This document shows, one piece after another, positions 46,424 to 58,145 of a stretch of 60,019 nt of DNA (position 1 is its first letter; the number at the start of each line of letters is the position of its first letter). The notes beneath the pieces were generated by a model, which searched no databases, had not been told where the DNA came from, and saw only the letters and a list, made by a program, of their open reading frames with translations. The DNA comes from Salisapilia sapeloensis CBS 127946 (lineage: Eukaryota; Protista; Oomycota). The stretch spans positions 1 to 60,019 of the forward strand of contig JAADVB010000100.1 in NCBI GenBank assembly GCA_023334545.1, written 5' to 3'. The position numbers were made by a program, and so were the translations under genes.

Positions 46424-48856
46424 ATGCCACCATTTTATAATCAGATGCGATCGGCAGCTAAGATGAGCGGCGACCTCGTAAAGCGCGTGAGTAAGAGCCT
46501 GAGCGCCGTCGAACGAAGCACGCAGACATTGCAGGATGGATTCTTATCCGTTACCAGTGATAAGGACTCGCTAACGGCGAATGTGCAGCTCATTTGGTCT
46601 CAACGAGACTTTACGAACGCATCGACTGCCACGTACCAGTCGCATTATCATGTCCATGGTTCCTTCCAGGAAAGTCATGTGAGTCAGGGACTCTTTCCTA
46701 CTCCATGGGACGTTGACATGACGTCTGTCTCTCCATCTCGCAAGTACGTGTGCACGGTCAAGCTGAACAATACGGACTCTTCGTCCGAAGGCATTTTCTG
46801 TATCTACTCAGAGAACAAGCTGATCGCTACTTTCCGTACGCCAAAGCAGCTCCATGGAACCATTTACACTAGTGAACGTGAAGGAGGGATTGCTTGGTCG
46901 AACGACGAGACCAAGATCGTGTACGTCGCGGAGAAGAAGCCTGCGCAAGAACCACCAAGCTTCTGGGAGAATGTGAACAAGAGCAAGAAGCCTTCCTCAT
47001 CCGTGGATGGAGTGAGTGTATCCAAGACCGAATCGTCATCTTCTGATGATACACAAGCTATTCCTGGTGATAAATTCCTACAGGAAGAAGACTGGGGCGA
47101 ACGATACATCGGTAAATCCACCAGTCGACTCTTCCTCGCTACGATTGAGACGGGAGACATCGAAGAGGTCACAGGTATCCCTGACAACCTTGCCTGCACC
47201 GACGCAACCTTCACGCCGGATGACTCGTCCCTCATCTTTGCTGGGCTCGAGACAAATGCTCCAAAGCGCCTCGGTTTCATCGGTTGTTTCAACCGTCCAA
47301 TGGAGCTATATCAAGTGGCTATCGGTCATTCAGAAGGAAAAGCTGCTAGTCATTTGCAGTTGAATGCACAGGATGACGCGACGAAACAAATCGCTTGGAC
47401 TCGCTCGCCTCGCTTCTCGCCGGACGGGAAGAAGCTAGCGTTCCTAGCAACGAGAGATGTGGCATCGCATGATACGTGTAACATGCTGTGCGTCATGGAC
47501 TGGGGCAAGCAGACGACTTCAACCGTCATTGACGTCGTGATGGAACCATCCAACCCAGGCGACGTCGGTCCGTCTGCCCGCACGTCGTTCAATGGACTCT
47601 ACATGGCATCCTTACCTCGTGCATGCTGGAACTCCAACTCGAAGCTTCTCTTCTTCACGACCCAAGTAGGCTCTCGACTGCTGTGGAAGTACGTCGACAT
47701 GGAGTCTTCTTCGGTCCATTCGCCTTCGTATGTTGAAAAAGACGATTCAAAATTCGCTAGTGAAGTGCTTTTGGACCAGAGCGACAGGCAGTGTCTCGTG
47801 GCCGTCACTTCCCCCGTCCGTCCTGCTAGTGTCTACCTCTCCTCTATCGACTTTGCTTCTGGCAAACACATCAACAAGCCAATTGCTGTGGCTGACCAAG
47901 GAGAGTACAAGGAGTATGTAGGAGATTGGAAACTAGTTTCTATACCGACAAAAGTCTCGGATGAACCTGCTGCATCGAAGCACCAGCCAGCAGTCCCTGA
48001 CTCCCTCCATGACCTACTGCTTCCGTCCGTCTACAGCTCATCTGATTATGAAGCGTTTGTCTACTTGCCATCATCCAGTCCAAAGGACGGAGGCTACCCA
48101 GTGCTATTAGATCTCCATGGTGGTCCGAATGGAGCCACGCCACTCATCTACAATCGCATGTACAGCTTTTTTTGCAGCCAAGGCTTTGCTGTCGTCACAG
48201 TCAATTATCGTGGAAGCACTGGCTTTGGGCTGCAACCGCTAGAGTCTCTCTTGGGTAAGGTCGGCACGCAAGACGTATACGACTGTCACTATGCGCTACA
48301 GCACTTGCTGAAACATTCAGACTTGCCTCTGGATGGAAATGATGTCCACTGTTCTGGTGGTAGTCACGGCGGTTTCCTCGTCACACATCTCATTGCTCAA
48401 TTCCCAGGCTTTTACAAGTCTGTCGTGACGAGAAACCCAGTCACAGACATTACGACATGCTTTTACTCTTCAGATATTCCAGATTGGTCCATTGCAGTCG
48501 CCGGAATCAAACGGTTTGAAGCGATTGCTCCGTCCAAGGAAATGATCAGAAGCTCTGGTGGACTGTCAGCTTTGTCTGCGGAGACGCGACTAGCTATTCG
48601 AAATAAACTGTGGTATCATTCGCCAATGAGCAACGAGCTGAGCCAAGTTTCCACTCCGATGTTACTGGGCATTGGTGCGAAAGACCGTCGTGTGCCACCG
48701 ACGCAAGGACTGGAAATGCGAGATGCATTGAAAGGGCTGGGAGTCGAAACGAGGACGCTGTTGTTCCCGGACGATAGCCATCCACTAGCTTCTGTTGCTG
48801 CGACGAGCGAGATGGCAGTGAACTGGGCGCTTTGGCTCTTACAGCACTCGAAGTAG
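46424..48856 (+). CDS. APEH: Acylamino-acid-releasing enzyme (S9C peptidase); start could be 46424, 46445 or 46463
   Basis: EDWGE, beta-propeller region with RSPRFSPDG, LHGGP, VNYRGSTGFG, catalytic GGSHGG, D(RRVP), H(PLA). Confidence 0.92.
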   Translation: MPPFYNQMRSAAKMSGDLVKRVSKSLSAVERSTQTLQDGFLSVTSDKDSLTANVQLIWSQRDFTNASTATYQSHYHVHGSFQESHVSQGLFPTPWDVDMTSVSPSRKYVCTVKLNNTDSSSEGIFCIYSENKLIATFRTPKQLHGTIYTSEREGGIAWSNDETKIVYVAEKKPAQEPPSFWENVNKSKKPSSSVDGVSVSKTESSSSDDTQAIPGDKFLQEEDWGERYIGKSTSRLFLATIETGDIEEVTGIPDNLACTDATFTPDDSSLIFAGLETNAPKRLGFIGCFNRPMELYQVAIGHSEGKAASHLQLNAQDDATKQIAWTRSPRFSPDGKKLAFLATRDVASHDTCNMLCVMDWGKQTTSTVIDVVMEPSNPGDVGPSARTSFNGLYMASLPRACWNSNSKLLFFTTQVGSRLLWKYVDMESSSVHSPSYVEKDDSKFASEVLLDQSDRQCLVAVTSPVRPASVYLSSIDFASGKHINKPIAVADQGEYKEYVGDWKLVSIPTKVSDEPAASKHQPAVPDSLHDLLLPSVYSSSDYEAFVYLPSSSPKDGGYPVLLDLHGGPNGATPLIYNRMYSFFCSQGFAVVTVNYRGSTGFGLQPLESLLGKVGTQDVYDCHYALQHLLKHSDLPLDGNDVHCSGGSHGGFLVTHLIAQFPGFYKSVVTRNPVTDITTCFYSSDIPDWSIAVAGIKRFEAIAPSKEMIRSSGGLSALSAETRLAIRNKLWYHSPMSNELSQVSTPMLLGIGAKDRRVPPTQGLEMRDALKGLGVETRTLLFPDDSHPLASVAATSEMAVNWALWLLQHSK

Positions 48857-49659
48857 TTGGCAAAAGGAATAGAAATTGGGTAATCTCAATGAGAACAAAG
48901 TTCCATTCCTTGACAGAATCTAGAGCAGGTTTCTATACAGGCGGAAGTTGCTGCTTGTCTGGAGCGACTGATAGACAGAGTATGCAAAACGTTTTTGTTG
49001 ATGTAAGCAGATGAAACTTTCGTGCAAACTGCGCAGTAGGTCAGGCATGTGCATTGGAATCGATCACATGGCTTCGTTGAGCTGACCACAGTAGAAGGGA
49101 CCATGTGAATGCCTGTAAACTGCCAGAGCAGGCTCAAATAAAGGATAACTCGACAATCATTCAAACTAGATAATAAATTGTCCGATTGCTTCTATCGTTC
49201 CTGACTTACAGTCTTCGACACAGAAGATGACATTCGAAACCTAATGCATCTGGAGCTACTCCAAATGTCCAATTTTTTCAAGATTGAAGCTGAATGCTTC
49301 AGCATTCACAATGCTTCGTGTAAGCAGATATTTTCCACCTTTTATATGCACATAGCAGTTTCTTTCGACTCTCTTGCACCTAGAGTATTTGCTTTGAATA
49401 GTCGCATCGCTCCTCTCGGCTCCATCACGATCACACAATGGATTAGAGAGCGACAGGCAATTCTAATCATTCTTTATTCCACGGCCGTTTGACAAGCTAT
49501 TGCGTTGGCCAGCGTCGCTTCCTGGAAGACTGTCGAGAGCAGAAGCGATCCTTTTGCACCATTTCGTAATTCTCTGGCGAAAGACTTCGAGTAGCTTGGA
49601 ACTCGTGACGACAGAAGTATCCAAGTACTCATCTCAGTTATCAGCAGAAAGATACGGAT

Positions 49660-52542
49660 ATGTCGACATCATTCTCCGATTTCAATGCAGGCTCTGAAGA
49701 GATGACGGTCGAGAATGGATTAGCGCCAAGAGCCTACGACCAATCGAGCAGATTCCATCATCTACTCCTTCTCGTAGACCTAGGGGTCTCCTTGATACTT
49801 TACTCTGCCTTCATCCTGTATCAGAAACTCCATCGATCCGAGTCGTTTCGCCATGGTAGCTCCTACTCCGCCTCGAGAATTATTTTACCATCCTTCCAGC
49901 CACTACTTTACACTCATGCAGTCATCGTAGCTGTCTTTATCATCATGCTCCTACTGCTCTTCACGGTTCCCTGGCTCTTTCTTTCGGTCCATGCTGCGAA
50001 CCTTGGAAGCGAGTTATTCTACAATATGCATCAGTTTCTGCTCTTAACGCCTCTCGTCCTGCTTCTCCAGAAAAGTGTTTCGAAAGCAATTATACGAACA
50101 ACTTGCCTCCTTACCTTGCCTATATCGATCTACACAATCGTTATCATGTGGTATGTGCATTCACATGCGATTGCAAGTTGGTACACGATCGTACTACTCT
50201 TTCGTCTACCACCAGTGCTCTTTGTCATTGCTTTAGTTTTCTGCTTTCCTAAAAGACGAGCAAACAAGAATGCGGCGCGAGAATACTGTATCTACGCTAC
50301 GCTCTACTATTTATTGCAGTATCTCCACAATGTCTTCCACTTTTATCGCATGAAAACTCCAGCCGATGTCTTTGTCATCTGCACCATTGCCATATCCGCC
50401 ACCTCTCCTATCGCTCTCTGGCGACTACTTCGAGCGGATACGGAAAGCTGGCGCAAGTTGGCACAAAATCTACCAATGATACATCGAAAGCACTCTAACT
50501 TTTACTCTCCCAACGCTTCAGGAATTTATAAACGCTTTCCGTCTCGAGCGTCTACGACAATAGACCATACGCTTCTTGGTATTGAACTACACTCAGAGCA
50601 TATTATCGATTTTGCGTACTTGCATGTCAAAGAGGGATCAAACGATACCACGTTGACCGGCATTTTACGAAAGCATGGTGGAGCGGTAGAAGTGTCGATG
50701 GAAGTGAAGACACTATCGACACGTACGGAAGAAGCAATAGCAGAGCAGCTTCAAGAAGCGGCGTTGGCAAGCAGCCTTCGCCACCCGAACATCGTTACTT
50801 TCTTCGGAGTAACGATCTCACCACCTTACTTGTACACGATCTCAGAGCTCTGTTCATACACCTTAAAAGACTCCTTACGCGCTTTCGTTGCCAGAAGAGA
50901 CCAACAATGTAGTTTGAGTGGTAGTCGCCCACAACTTTTACTCAATCTCGCTCAGCTCATTGACGCCACTCGAGCTGTTGCATACCTTCATTCGTTTTCT
51001 CTCGTCCATGGTGACCTCCGCCCAACGAATTTTGTGTTTGACGACACGTATTCGTTGAAATTGACAGGTTTCAGTCATTGCCATCCTTCGATGTCATCTA
51101 ATGCGAGTCGAGAAAGTGTCGAGTTGAGTGACGTTGGTAAGTTGGAAGGACGAATTGGCAGAAACCCATCTTTCTCGGTGCACGACATGCCACACTATAC
51201 ATATCAGAGCAAAGATGGCAATGAGCAGAATCGACGGACAAGCTTTCACAATATTTCTCACGTATCCTATCCGAACGATAGAGAGAGTGAATGCTTAGGC
51301 CAGTATACACTTTCAGTCAATGAACCTGCCGCCTCGACGAGTAATCTCAAGTCATCCTTTAATTGCATCCGGACTTTGCAAAAGCCAGCAGCAGAAGTAC
51401 CAGTTACCCATCCGAATGAATCTCTAGCTTACACTGCTCCAGAGTTGCTTCAATCGATTGGCACACCTGGTTCATCCCAAACGAAAGAGTCGTCTGATAT
51501 TTACGCATTAGGAATGGCGCTGTATGATATTTTATTCCCAGGGTGTATCAAGTACCCTGATTCAATCACATACACACCTCACGTCTTCACCGAAAGTGTA
51601 GTCGATGGCGTCCGACCGGCTCTAGATGCGAATGGCCTCCATCCATGCTTTTACAACATCTTACAAAGTATGTGGGCAAAGGAGCCACATGCAAGACCTA
51701 CTGCATCAACAGTTGTGAAAATGTTGGAGGCAGTGCAAGTAGAGTTGGCAGCAGAATTTGCACTGTTCATCACAGAAGATCTGGAAGACACACAACTTGT
51801 GGTGGATCATTCGTCTGAGAATCCAGTCCATTTGAGTACCTTGAGTGACAAGAAGAGCTCCTGTCTGGAACTTCGAACGGCAATTAGTATCTCCGGTGCA
51901 GCACTGATCGACAAGTGGAAGTTTACTGGTACAATCGAATCTGTTGGCGAAGGAATACGATTGGGGAATGCACTCATGGATGCTGGTATGTTACATCATG
52001 CTGCTCATGCGGACAATTTCGACTACTTGATAGACGAGAACTATTTTTTCGATGAAGATAACGTCGCTTTAGCACAACCCATGTTGGAGATGGAGAAAGT
52101 TGCGGCGGATGAAGCAGTTCGATACTATTACAGTGGCCAAAAAGTGCAAAGAGGCAGTTTGGACTACCACTGCAGTAAAGAGTACTCTCCATCGTCTTCA
52201 CCATCCAATTACGCTCCGTCTCCGATGCTGACGTTTTCGCATCACAGCTTTAGTACGTCTCTAAGTAACTCGCGATCATGGAAGAAGATGAGTCGCGACA
52301 TCACCGACTTCAATGTCAAAAGAACGACTGTGCGATCGGTATCAGAGAAGCGAGCTTGTTTGTGTGTAAAACTTGGACAACGATTTCGACTGGATGCAGA
52401 GGAACGGAAGCGGTGTCTGGATGTGGCAATTGCGGATGCGAAGGAGCAAGCTCTATATATGGATATTGAGGACGAAGGTGAATCGGACGCACGGTCATCC
52501 CAAGCCAGCATGCATTTCTACTCGGTCAAAACGCCAATGTAA
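49660..52542 (+). CDS. 7TM (GPCR-like) + TKL-like pseudokinase + DEP domain protein
   Basis: About 7 hydrophobic segments in aa 30-260. Kinase motifs LRHPNIVTFFG, HGDLRPTNFV, YTAPE, SDIYALG. DEP-like ISGAALIDKW..GIRLGNALMDAGMLHH..F. Confidence 0.82.
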   Translation: MSTSFSDFNAGSEEMTVENGLAPRAYDQSSRFHHLLLLVDLGVSLILYSAFILYQKLHRSESFRHGSSYSASRIILPSFQPLLYTHAVIVAVFIIMLLLLFTVPWLFLSVHAANLGSELFYNMHQFLLLTPLVLLLQKSVSKAIIRTTCLLTLPISIYTIVIMWYVHSHAIASWYTIVLLFRLPPVLFVIALVFCFPKRRANKNAAREYCIYATLYYLLQYLHNVFHFYRMKTPADVFVICTIAISATSPIALWRLLRADTESWRKLAQNLPMIHRKHSNFYSPNASGIYKRFPSRASTTIDHTLLGIELHSEHIIDFAYLHVKEGSNDTTLTGILRKHGGAVEVSMEVKTLSTRTEEAIAEQLQEAALASSLRHPNIVTFFGVTISPPYLYTISELCSYTLKDSLRAFVARRDQQCSLSGSRPQLLLNLAQLIDATRAVAYLHSFSLVHGDLRPTNFVFDDTYSLKLTGFSHCHPSMSSNASRESVELSDVGKLEGRIGRNPSFSVHDMPHYTYQSKDGNEQNRRTSFHNISHVSYPNDRESECLGQYTLSVNEPAASTSNLKSSFNCIRTLQKPAAEVPVTHPNESLAYTAPELLQSIGTPGSSQTKESSDIYALGMALYDILFPGCIKYPDSITYTPHVFTESVVDGVRPALDANGLHPCFYNILQSMWAKEPHARPTASTVVKMLEAVQVELAAEFALFITEDLEDTQLVVDHSSENPVHLSTLSDKKSSCLELRTAISISGAALIDKWKFTGTIESVGEGIRLGNALMDAGMLHHAAHADNFDYLIDENYFFDEDNVALAQPMLEMEKVAADEAVRYYYSGQKVQRGSLDYHCSKEYSPSSSPSNYAPSPMLTFSHHSFSTSLSNSRSWKKMSRDITDFNVKRTTVRSVSEKRACLCVKLGQRFRLDAEERKRCLDVAIADAKEQALYMDIEDEGESDARSSQASMHFYSVKTPM

Positions 52543-53131
52543 GATCCTGATGATTCTACTGTAATATTCTTCAATGAACTCACTAGCTCACGCGTATAAA
52601 TCGATAGCAGTGGCTCTGATGATGCTCTTTGTGCAGCGATTTGATGAACATGTCTGTCATTGCAATGTTCTGGCAAGAGACGTACTCGATTGAACAATTT
52701 AGGCAGATACTTTATTGTACAAGTTTTAGTACATGAATAAATATTCTTTCAACATATACAATTACCTCGATGTAGATGGTATCTGCTAAACTTTTACATT
52801 AGAAATCGAGTGCGAATGTAATTGAAACCATGATAGGATACGTAGAGTAGATAAATTGATCTGATTATATGCCCATAAAAGCTTCGACAGGAGTTGTACT
52901 GCAACGATAAGAAATAGAACGTATGCATTTAAGTCCAAGTCGACATGACGAAAGCTCTTTCCAAAACGTAATATAGATCATCTTTCCCCGTTTAATGTCA
53001 ATTATTGAACGAGCTACCGTCTCTTTGTCTACCATGGAACAAATCGACTGCAATTGATTCCATAAGATTGCTGGAAAGCAAGAAAACGTCATTCACAAAG
53101 GACTTTTAATCAGTTCGTGCTTCGTATCTGC

Positions 53132-54985
53132 TCAATAGTGGATTGTACGCTTCGTATTCATCGTCCAGTCCGAACTGGTGTCACTGTCACCTTCCCTGCG
53201 ATTGCGGTATATGCGCGACGAGTCATCGTCTTCAGCAACCCTTGGCATCTTCCTCTCGCCACTACGGTTGAACTGGAATGTACCTCGATCTGAACTTGCA
53301 TCGCTCACCATCTTACGCCCCTGGGAACGTGGATCTGAGTCAACATTCCACTCCGAGTTCGCATCAAACTCTTCTGTCTGGAAACTAAATTTGCTCATGC
53401 CGGACACACTGCTAGGCGTATCATCATCCGCCATGTTGTTAAAGCTCGGACGAGAGTATGGATCCAATGAGAAACTATCGTTGCGTCCACGTTCGTACCC
53501 ACCGACATGGTCAGCAGTTGGAATCCCATGCGTACCTTTCTGACCGTAATGCATATTCGCTCCGTGCAGTCCACGCTCGGACGGTGGTGAATGGTGCGAC
53601 AGGAACTTGTTCCCATCCGTGTACTGACTCGATTGCTCCATGACAGAAGCAGGAGGCATCGGTTGTCGGAAGGGAACGTTCTTGCCTGCACGGCGCTGTC
53701 TCCGACGTCGGTACCAGAAGCAGAAGAAGAGACCGAGGAGTAGGATGACGACACCAATGCAAATACCAACGTACAGGAAAGTGTTGTTCGAGCCAGTGCT
53801 TGGCAACGTCACAGTGATGGACGAGTAGACTGCCGTATCCAGACGCAGACCGTCAATCGTCTCCATGACTGCACGAGAGATGAGAAGGTACTTGCCAGTC
53901 TCTGCAAACTTGTGCGTGGTACGGAAGGAGGCGGCATCGTCAGTCATGTTCGTGTCTTTCCATGACTCTACCTTGTTCGTGCCAGAGCCACTGCCACTGT
54001 ACACTGTGCAGCTAGCGTCACCATCTTGGTTACACGCACTGAGAACAGCTTGAGGAATGACAGAATAGACTCCTGTGTCGGGGTTTTCGACAGCATTAGA
54101 GCTAGAGACTTCCCCAATGAGCTTCGATCCATCTTTAGACTCATCCACAGCGACAGACCAGTCGATGTCGACGCTGTCATCTGTCGTGATACTGTCAGAG
54201 GATAAAACAGCTTTCATCTTCACAGGACAGTTATCTCCGAATCGGACGTTCAGCTTTCCATCCACTGACTTTGCAAACGGACTCGTGTCTTCACTGACCC
54301 AGCAAAAGGTCGTATCTGAGTCCGGTTTAATCGAATCTGGCACTGCACCAGGCTCTCCACCAATTAGGACGGGGAAGAACGTGGCAAAATCTGCCCTCGA
54401 GTTACCTGCAATGTTCATGGTAAGATGGACGAGACCAGTGTACTTGCCATCTTTTGGGATTTTGATCTCTTGACTGCCAAAGACAGCAATGCTGTTTTCA
54501 AAGTTACGAGGGTTGTTACTAGAAGTATAGAAATTGCCACTCGGGACGTTGCTGCCTTTACTATCTGTAGACATGAACGGCTCACAGGAACGCCAGTCAC
54601 AAATTTCGACGTACGCGACCGGGACATCATACTTGTCCGAGGTGCCAGAAGCAGACGTATTACTTGACGACAAGTAACTAGGAGGGTCTCCCTGCGTAAT
54701 AGGCGTAGAGAACTCAAAGTTTAGAGGCTTGTGACTCGTATCCACTTCTGCGGTGTACCGCAGCTTGACGTATTCATTGGCTTTTATGTCGTCCGAAATG
54801 TCCACCGAGACTTGCACCGGGCACTTGTCACCAGTGGCTTTAGACAGCACAGAGTCCTCCGTGATGGTCGACGGCTTATCATCGTAAGTCTCGCCAATGT
54901 ACCAGCAGTACGTCGTCTTGCCATCGTGCTTGTACTTGATGTCGTTGAAACTGGACCTAGAGTCAGATAAAACCGTCAGCGACAT
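53132..54985 (-). CDS. Single-pass membrane receptor-like protein with two repeated Cys-containing ectodomains; 5' exon possibly missing
   Basis: Repeats TYCW..CPV and TFCW..CPV. TM FLYVGICIGVVILLLGLFFCFWY followed by RRRRQRR, then an S/D-rich cytosolic tail. No signal peptide in the ORF as called. Confidence 0.8.
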   Translation of the reverse strand: MSLTVLSDSRSSFNDIKYKHDGKTTYCWYIGETYDDKPSTITEDSVLSKATGDKCPVQVSVDISDDIKANEYVKLRYTAEVDTSHKPLNFEFSTPITQGDPPSYLSSSNTSASGTSDKYDVPVAYVEICDWRSCEPFMSTDSKGSNVPSGNFYTSSNNPRNFENSIAVFGSQEIKIPKDGKYTGLVHLTMNIAGNSRADFATFFPVLIGGEPGAVPDSIKPDSDTTFCWVSEDTSPFAKSVDGKLNVRFGDNCPVKMKAVLSSDSITTDDSVDIDWSVAVDESKDGSKLIGEVSSSNAVENPDTGVYSVIPQAVLSACNQDGDASCTVYSGSGSGTNKVESWKDTNMTDDAASFRTTHKFAETGKYLLISRAVMETIDGLRLDTAVYSSITVTLPSTGSNNTFLYVGICIGVVILLLGLFFCFWYRRRRQRRAGKNVPFRQPMPPASVMEQSSQYTDGNKFLSHHSPPSERGLHGANMHYGQKGTHGIPTADHVGGYERGRNDSFSLDPYSRPSFNNMADDDTPSSVSGMSKFSFQTEEFDANSEWNVDSDPRSQGRKMVSDASSDRGTFQFNRSGERKMPRVAEDDDSSRIYRNRREGDSDTSSDWTMNTKRTIHY

Positions 54986-55575
54986 ATCGAATCTATCTTA
55001 GGAGCGATAGAATGTACATGATAGATTAAAAGTCAGCCTCAAGTGAAGTCCGCCGTTGCCTCTGTCTCTCCGTAGCAATCCACCGAGTGCTTGGTCGGTA
55101 AAGCCAATCTCAAAGTGCCAGTTCTGATACACACGAAGCGCTGACGTGTGCTCGACGCTATGGAACGGCTGTTGGTATAGTTAAAGTGAGTATCACATAC
55201 AACGTGCAGGTTACGCAGAGATGCGCGAATCGAAGCTAGCTGCCGTTACGAGGAGCGAATGACTATTCGATAAGGATGAAGCAACTGACATTGTATTCGA
55301 TTATTGAACCAGGGATTCCCTCATATCTAGATGCGATGATGGAGTCACGCGTGACGACGTAGTTCAGTAGAAATCTGGATAGACCTGTGATATCGCATAC
55401 TTGTCAAAGGTTGCGTCGGTACCGCAATATTAGAACCACTCGGGTTAAATCGTACTGACGTTCCAGTAAACTTGGTACTGACTTCGTTCTTCAGTCAGTT
55501 GGTTTACTGGATGTGCAGTTTCCATAATATCGTATTATGCTTTTTTATGAACCTATAAACTTCAAGTTTCCACAA

Positions 55576-55655
55576 GATCACTTGGCCGAGCGGTCTAAGG
55601 CGCCAGTTTAAGGCACTGGTCCGAAAGGGCGTGGGTTCGAATCCCACAGTGGTCA
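55576..55655 (+). tRNA. tRNA-Leu (anticodon AAG), copy 1
   Basis: 80-nt type II cloverleaf: GATCACT/AGTGGTC acceptor, CCAGT-TTAAGGC-ACTGG anticodon arm, long variable arm, TTCGAAT T loop, TTTTT terminator. Confidence 0.96.
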
Positions 55656-57276
55656 TCTCTTTTTATTGTTTGTGTAATCTTTACTTTTACTCGCAGGATC
55701 ATTTCAGTTTATTCCTGGGCACGTTTATTGTACTGTTGATCTTACTTTGTGTTAAGATGAACGTGTATATACTCATCTTCAAGTCATTACTGCTTTGAAC
55801 TATCCTTTTCAGATACAGGCTTGCTATTGAAGCCTAGTGATGCTATCTCTAGCTTGCTATGTGCTGGCATGGATCGAACAAGGTCCGAGGTCAACCGCAT
55901 TCACTCATCCCTGTCCGATCGGAATATAGTTGGCATTTATAACTCGGGGATTGCAACTAGTGAAAGCTTGCTACCGTCTGCATCTATCCCATTTAAATCT
56001 TTTTCGTGCACGAGTTTCTCGCTGAAAGTCATTGTAAGTGTATTGCTCACTTAGACCGATGCTATGGCCAAGTGACCACGTAGACACATATTTTGTCATT
56101 GACTTTATTGAATACAAAGAGATCAGAGCAATTTCAAAGAAAAACTTCACTTTTATCTATTAATTACACGTCAAAGAGAAACTAACAATGATTATTATTT
56201 AAAATGTGACAATCAAATAGCCTTTACTGCGGAAATATGGCAAGGCTTGTATCAAATGCATGGTTCATTCCACCCTAAATCTCCTTCATATATTGGTACG
56301 TTATTGAAAGGAAGTTGGGATGACAAATATCGGGACATAAACTTTTAATATTTTTAGTTTTATTTAATTTTATAAAGTTGTAATTTTAAACGGGAGTGCG
56401 CTTTTGTAACAAACTACATTCCCAGATATGTGTTTAAAGAGCACAGTGCGCTTTATATGTTCTTCTGCTTAAGTGTAAGCTGACATGAATGAGTTAATCT
56501 CTTGGACGCGCTGTGGAAGCAAAAGTATCAGGCAAATATCTTATCTCGCGTACAATTTCTCATGGTACACAAATAGATGATCCAAAACGCACAAGTAGGA
56601 TTCAGCAATATGTGTAAATCATATAGACTCTTGGATACGATCTTCTCTTTCACTTTAGTTGAAGGCGAATTTTATCACTACTTACCAATTTTTCAAGTCC
56701 AAACCTCTGAGAGCGGTGCAAAAGTATATTACCATGAATTTGCTATCAAAGCTACTTTGCATGACGCATCTATCTATTGTATAAGCTGCTAAGATGCTCT
56801 TCCTTCAAAAAGGAGACGACCAAGTAGCGAGCAACATAGCTCAGTATTCGCCTCATTTGCTTCACTGCATACAGCATTCTGCTCTATCCGCTGGACATAT
56901 CATTCTTACATATACGGAAACAAGGATTCATTATGACATCCAACACTGCATTAAACGTTGCAAACGTAGTTAGTGCATGCCCGGTGATTAGATATACCAC
57001 GCATTAACCAAGATTGCCCAAGATACATATCTAAGCAAACGCAGCATTCGTGCTGCAGTAGATATAGCTGTACAGAGTGCATCAAGTACGTAACTATTTC
57101 AAGAGGACAATAGTAGACTTCTTTTATCCTCTATCATAAGTTATTATCTCTAATGCGGGTTATCTTCTCTACATTAATGAAGAACTTAATGTTCGCACTT
57201 GCATCGCAACAGGTAAGGAAATGAATAAGACCTTTTTAAACGCTTATATATTATTTTGAGCTTCAAGTATTCACAA

Positions 57277-57356
57277 GATCACTTGGCCGAGCGGTCTAAG
57301 GCGCCAGTTTAAGGCACTGGTCCGAAAGGGCGTGGGTTCGAATCCCACAGTGGTCA
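57277..57356 (+). tRNA. tRNA-Leu (anticodon AAG), copy 2
   Basis: Identical to 55576-55655 over all 80 nt, with the same TCTCTTTTTA downstream. Confidence 0.96.
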
Positions 57357-58145
57357 TCTCTTTTTATTTTTGTTAATAGTAATCTACTTTGCAACACTTC
57401 AAGATTGGTTTTCATCCAGCGGAGACGTGTGGAACACTATTTATTTTAGGCTTCTTACAACGATAGACTACTAAGATTTCTACTCTCTACAAGAGATCGA
57501 GTACTACGTGGTTTCAGGTTTAAATTGATTCAAATGTGTTCCTATCATCCGTTTCTGAAGCTTGCAAAGTACTTTCGTAGGCTGTTGTTTATTTATAAGT
57601 ATGAAACTGAGCGTCTGTGTGATATCTGCCATGAAAGGTGGATCTGCTCCATTTTTTCCCAGGAGACTGTAGAAGCAACCCTGGAACTATTTCCAGAAAG
57701 CGAGCTCTATCAGATAGAATGTCACAGACGGAAGCACATAAAGTTGAATAGACATTTCTTTAATTCATGAAAGTCCTTACCTGTTGTTGTTACGGCAAAG
57801 GCGGAAATATATTAACAGTTAGTTATTACACGTCTACCCTTGGATCCCACCGAGGATGGGCTTAACCATTCCGAGGAATGGAGATGTGGTTGCTCCATTT
57901 CCTCGAAGCCTTTCGACTGGAGGAAGACCGCTAAAGTATTCCAGAGCTCCCGATGTTGGGACCGGCGCTCTTTTGTAATGATCAAATGTGTCGATGAGTC
58001 TTTTGAGAGCGCATCCATTCGAATTCCATACCTCTGTTGTTTCTTTTCGTGCAAGGTTAGCAAAAAACTATTTTTAGGTATGCTATGTAATTGTACATTT
58101 CATTAGCATTTACTGCTGAAGGACCAACAGGGCACCAGAAGGCAC

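Noticed and set aside
57812-58063. Class II aminoacyl-tRNA synthetase motif 1-like segment (LAVFLQSKGFEEMEQP)
   Set aside because: Single short resemblance with no other synthetase motifs traceable. Could be a gene remnant but cannot be supported.
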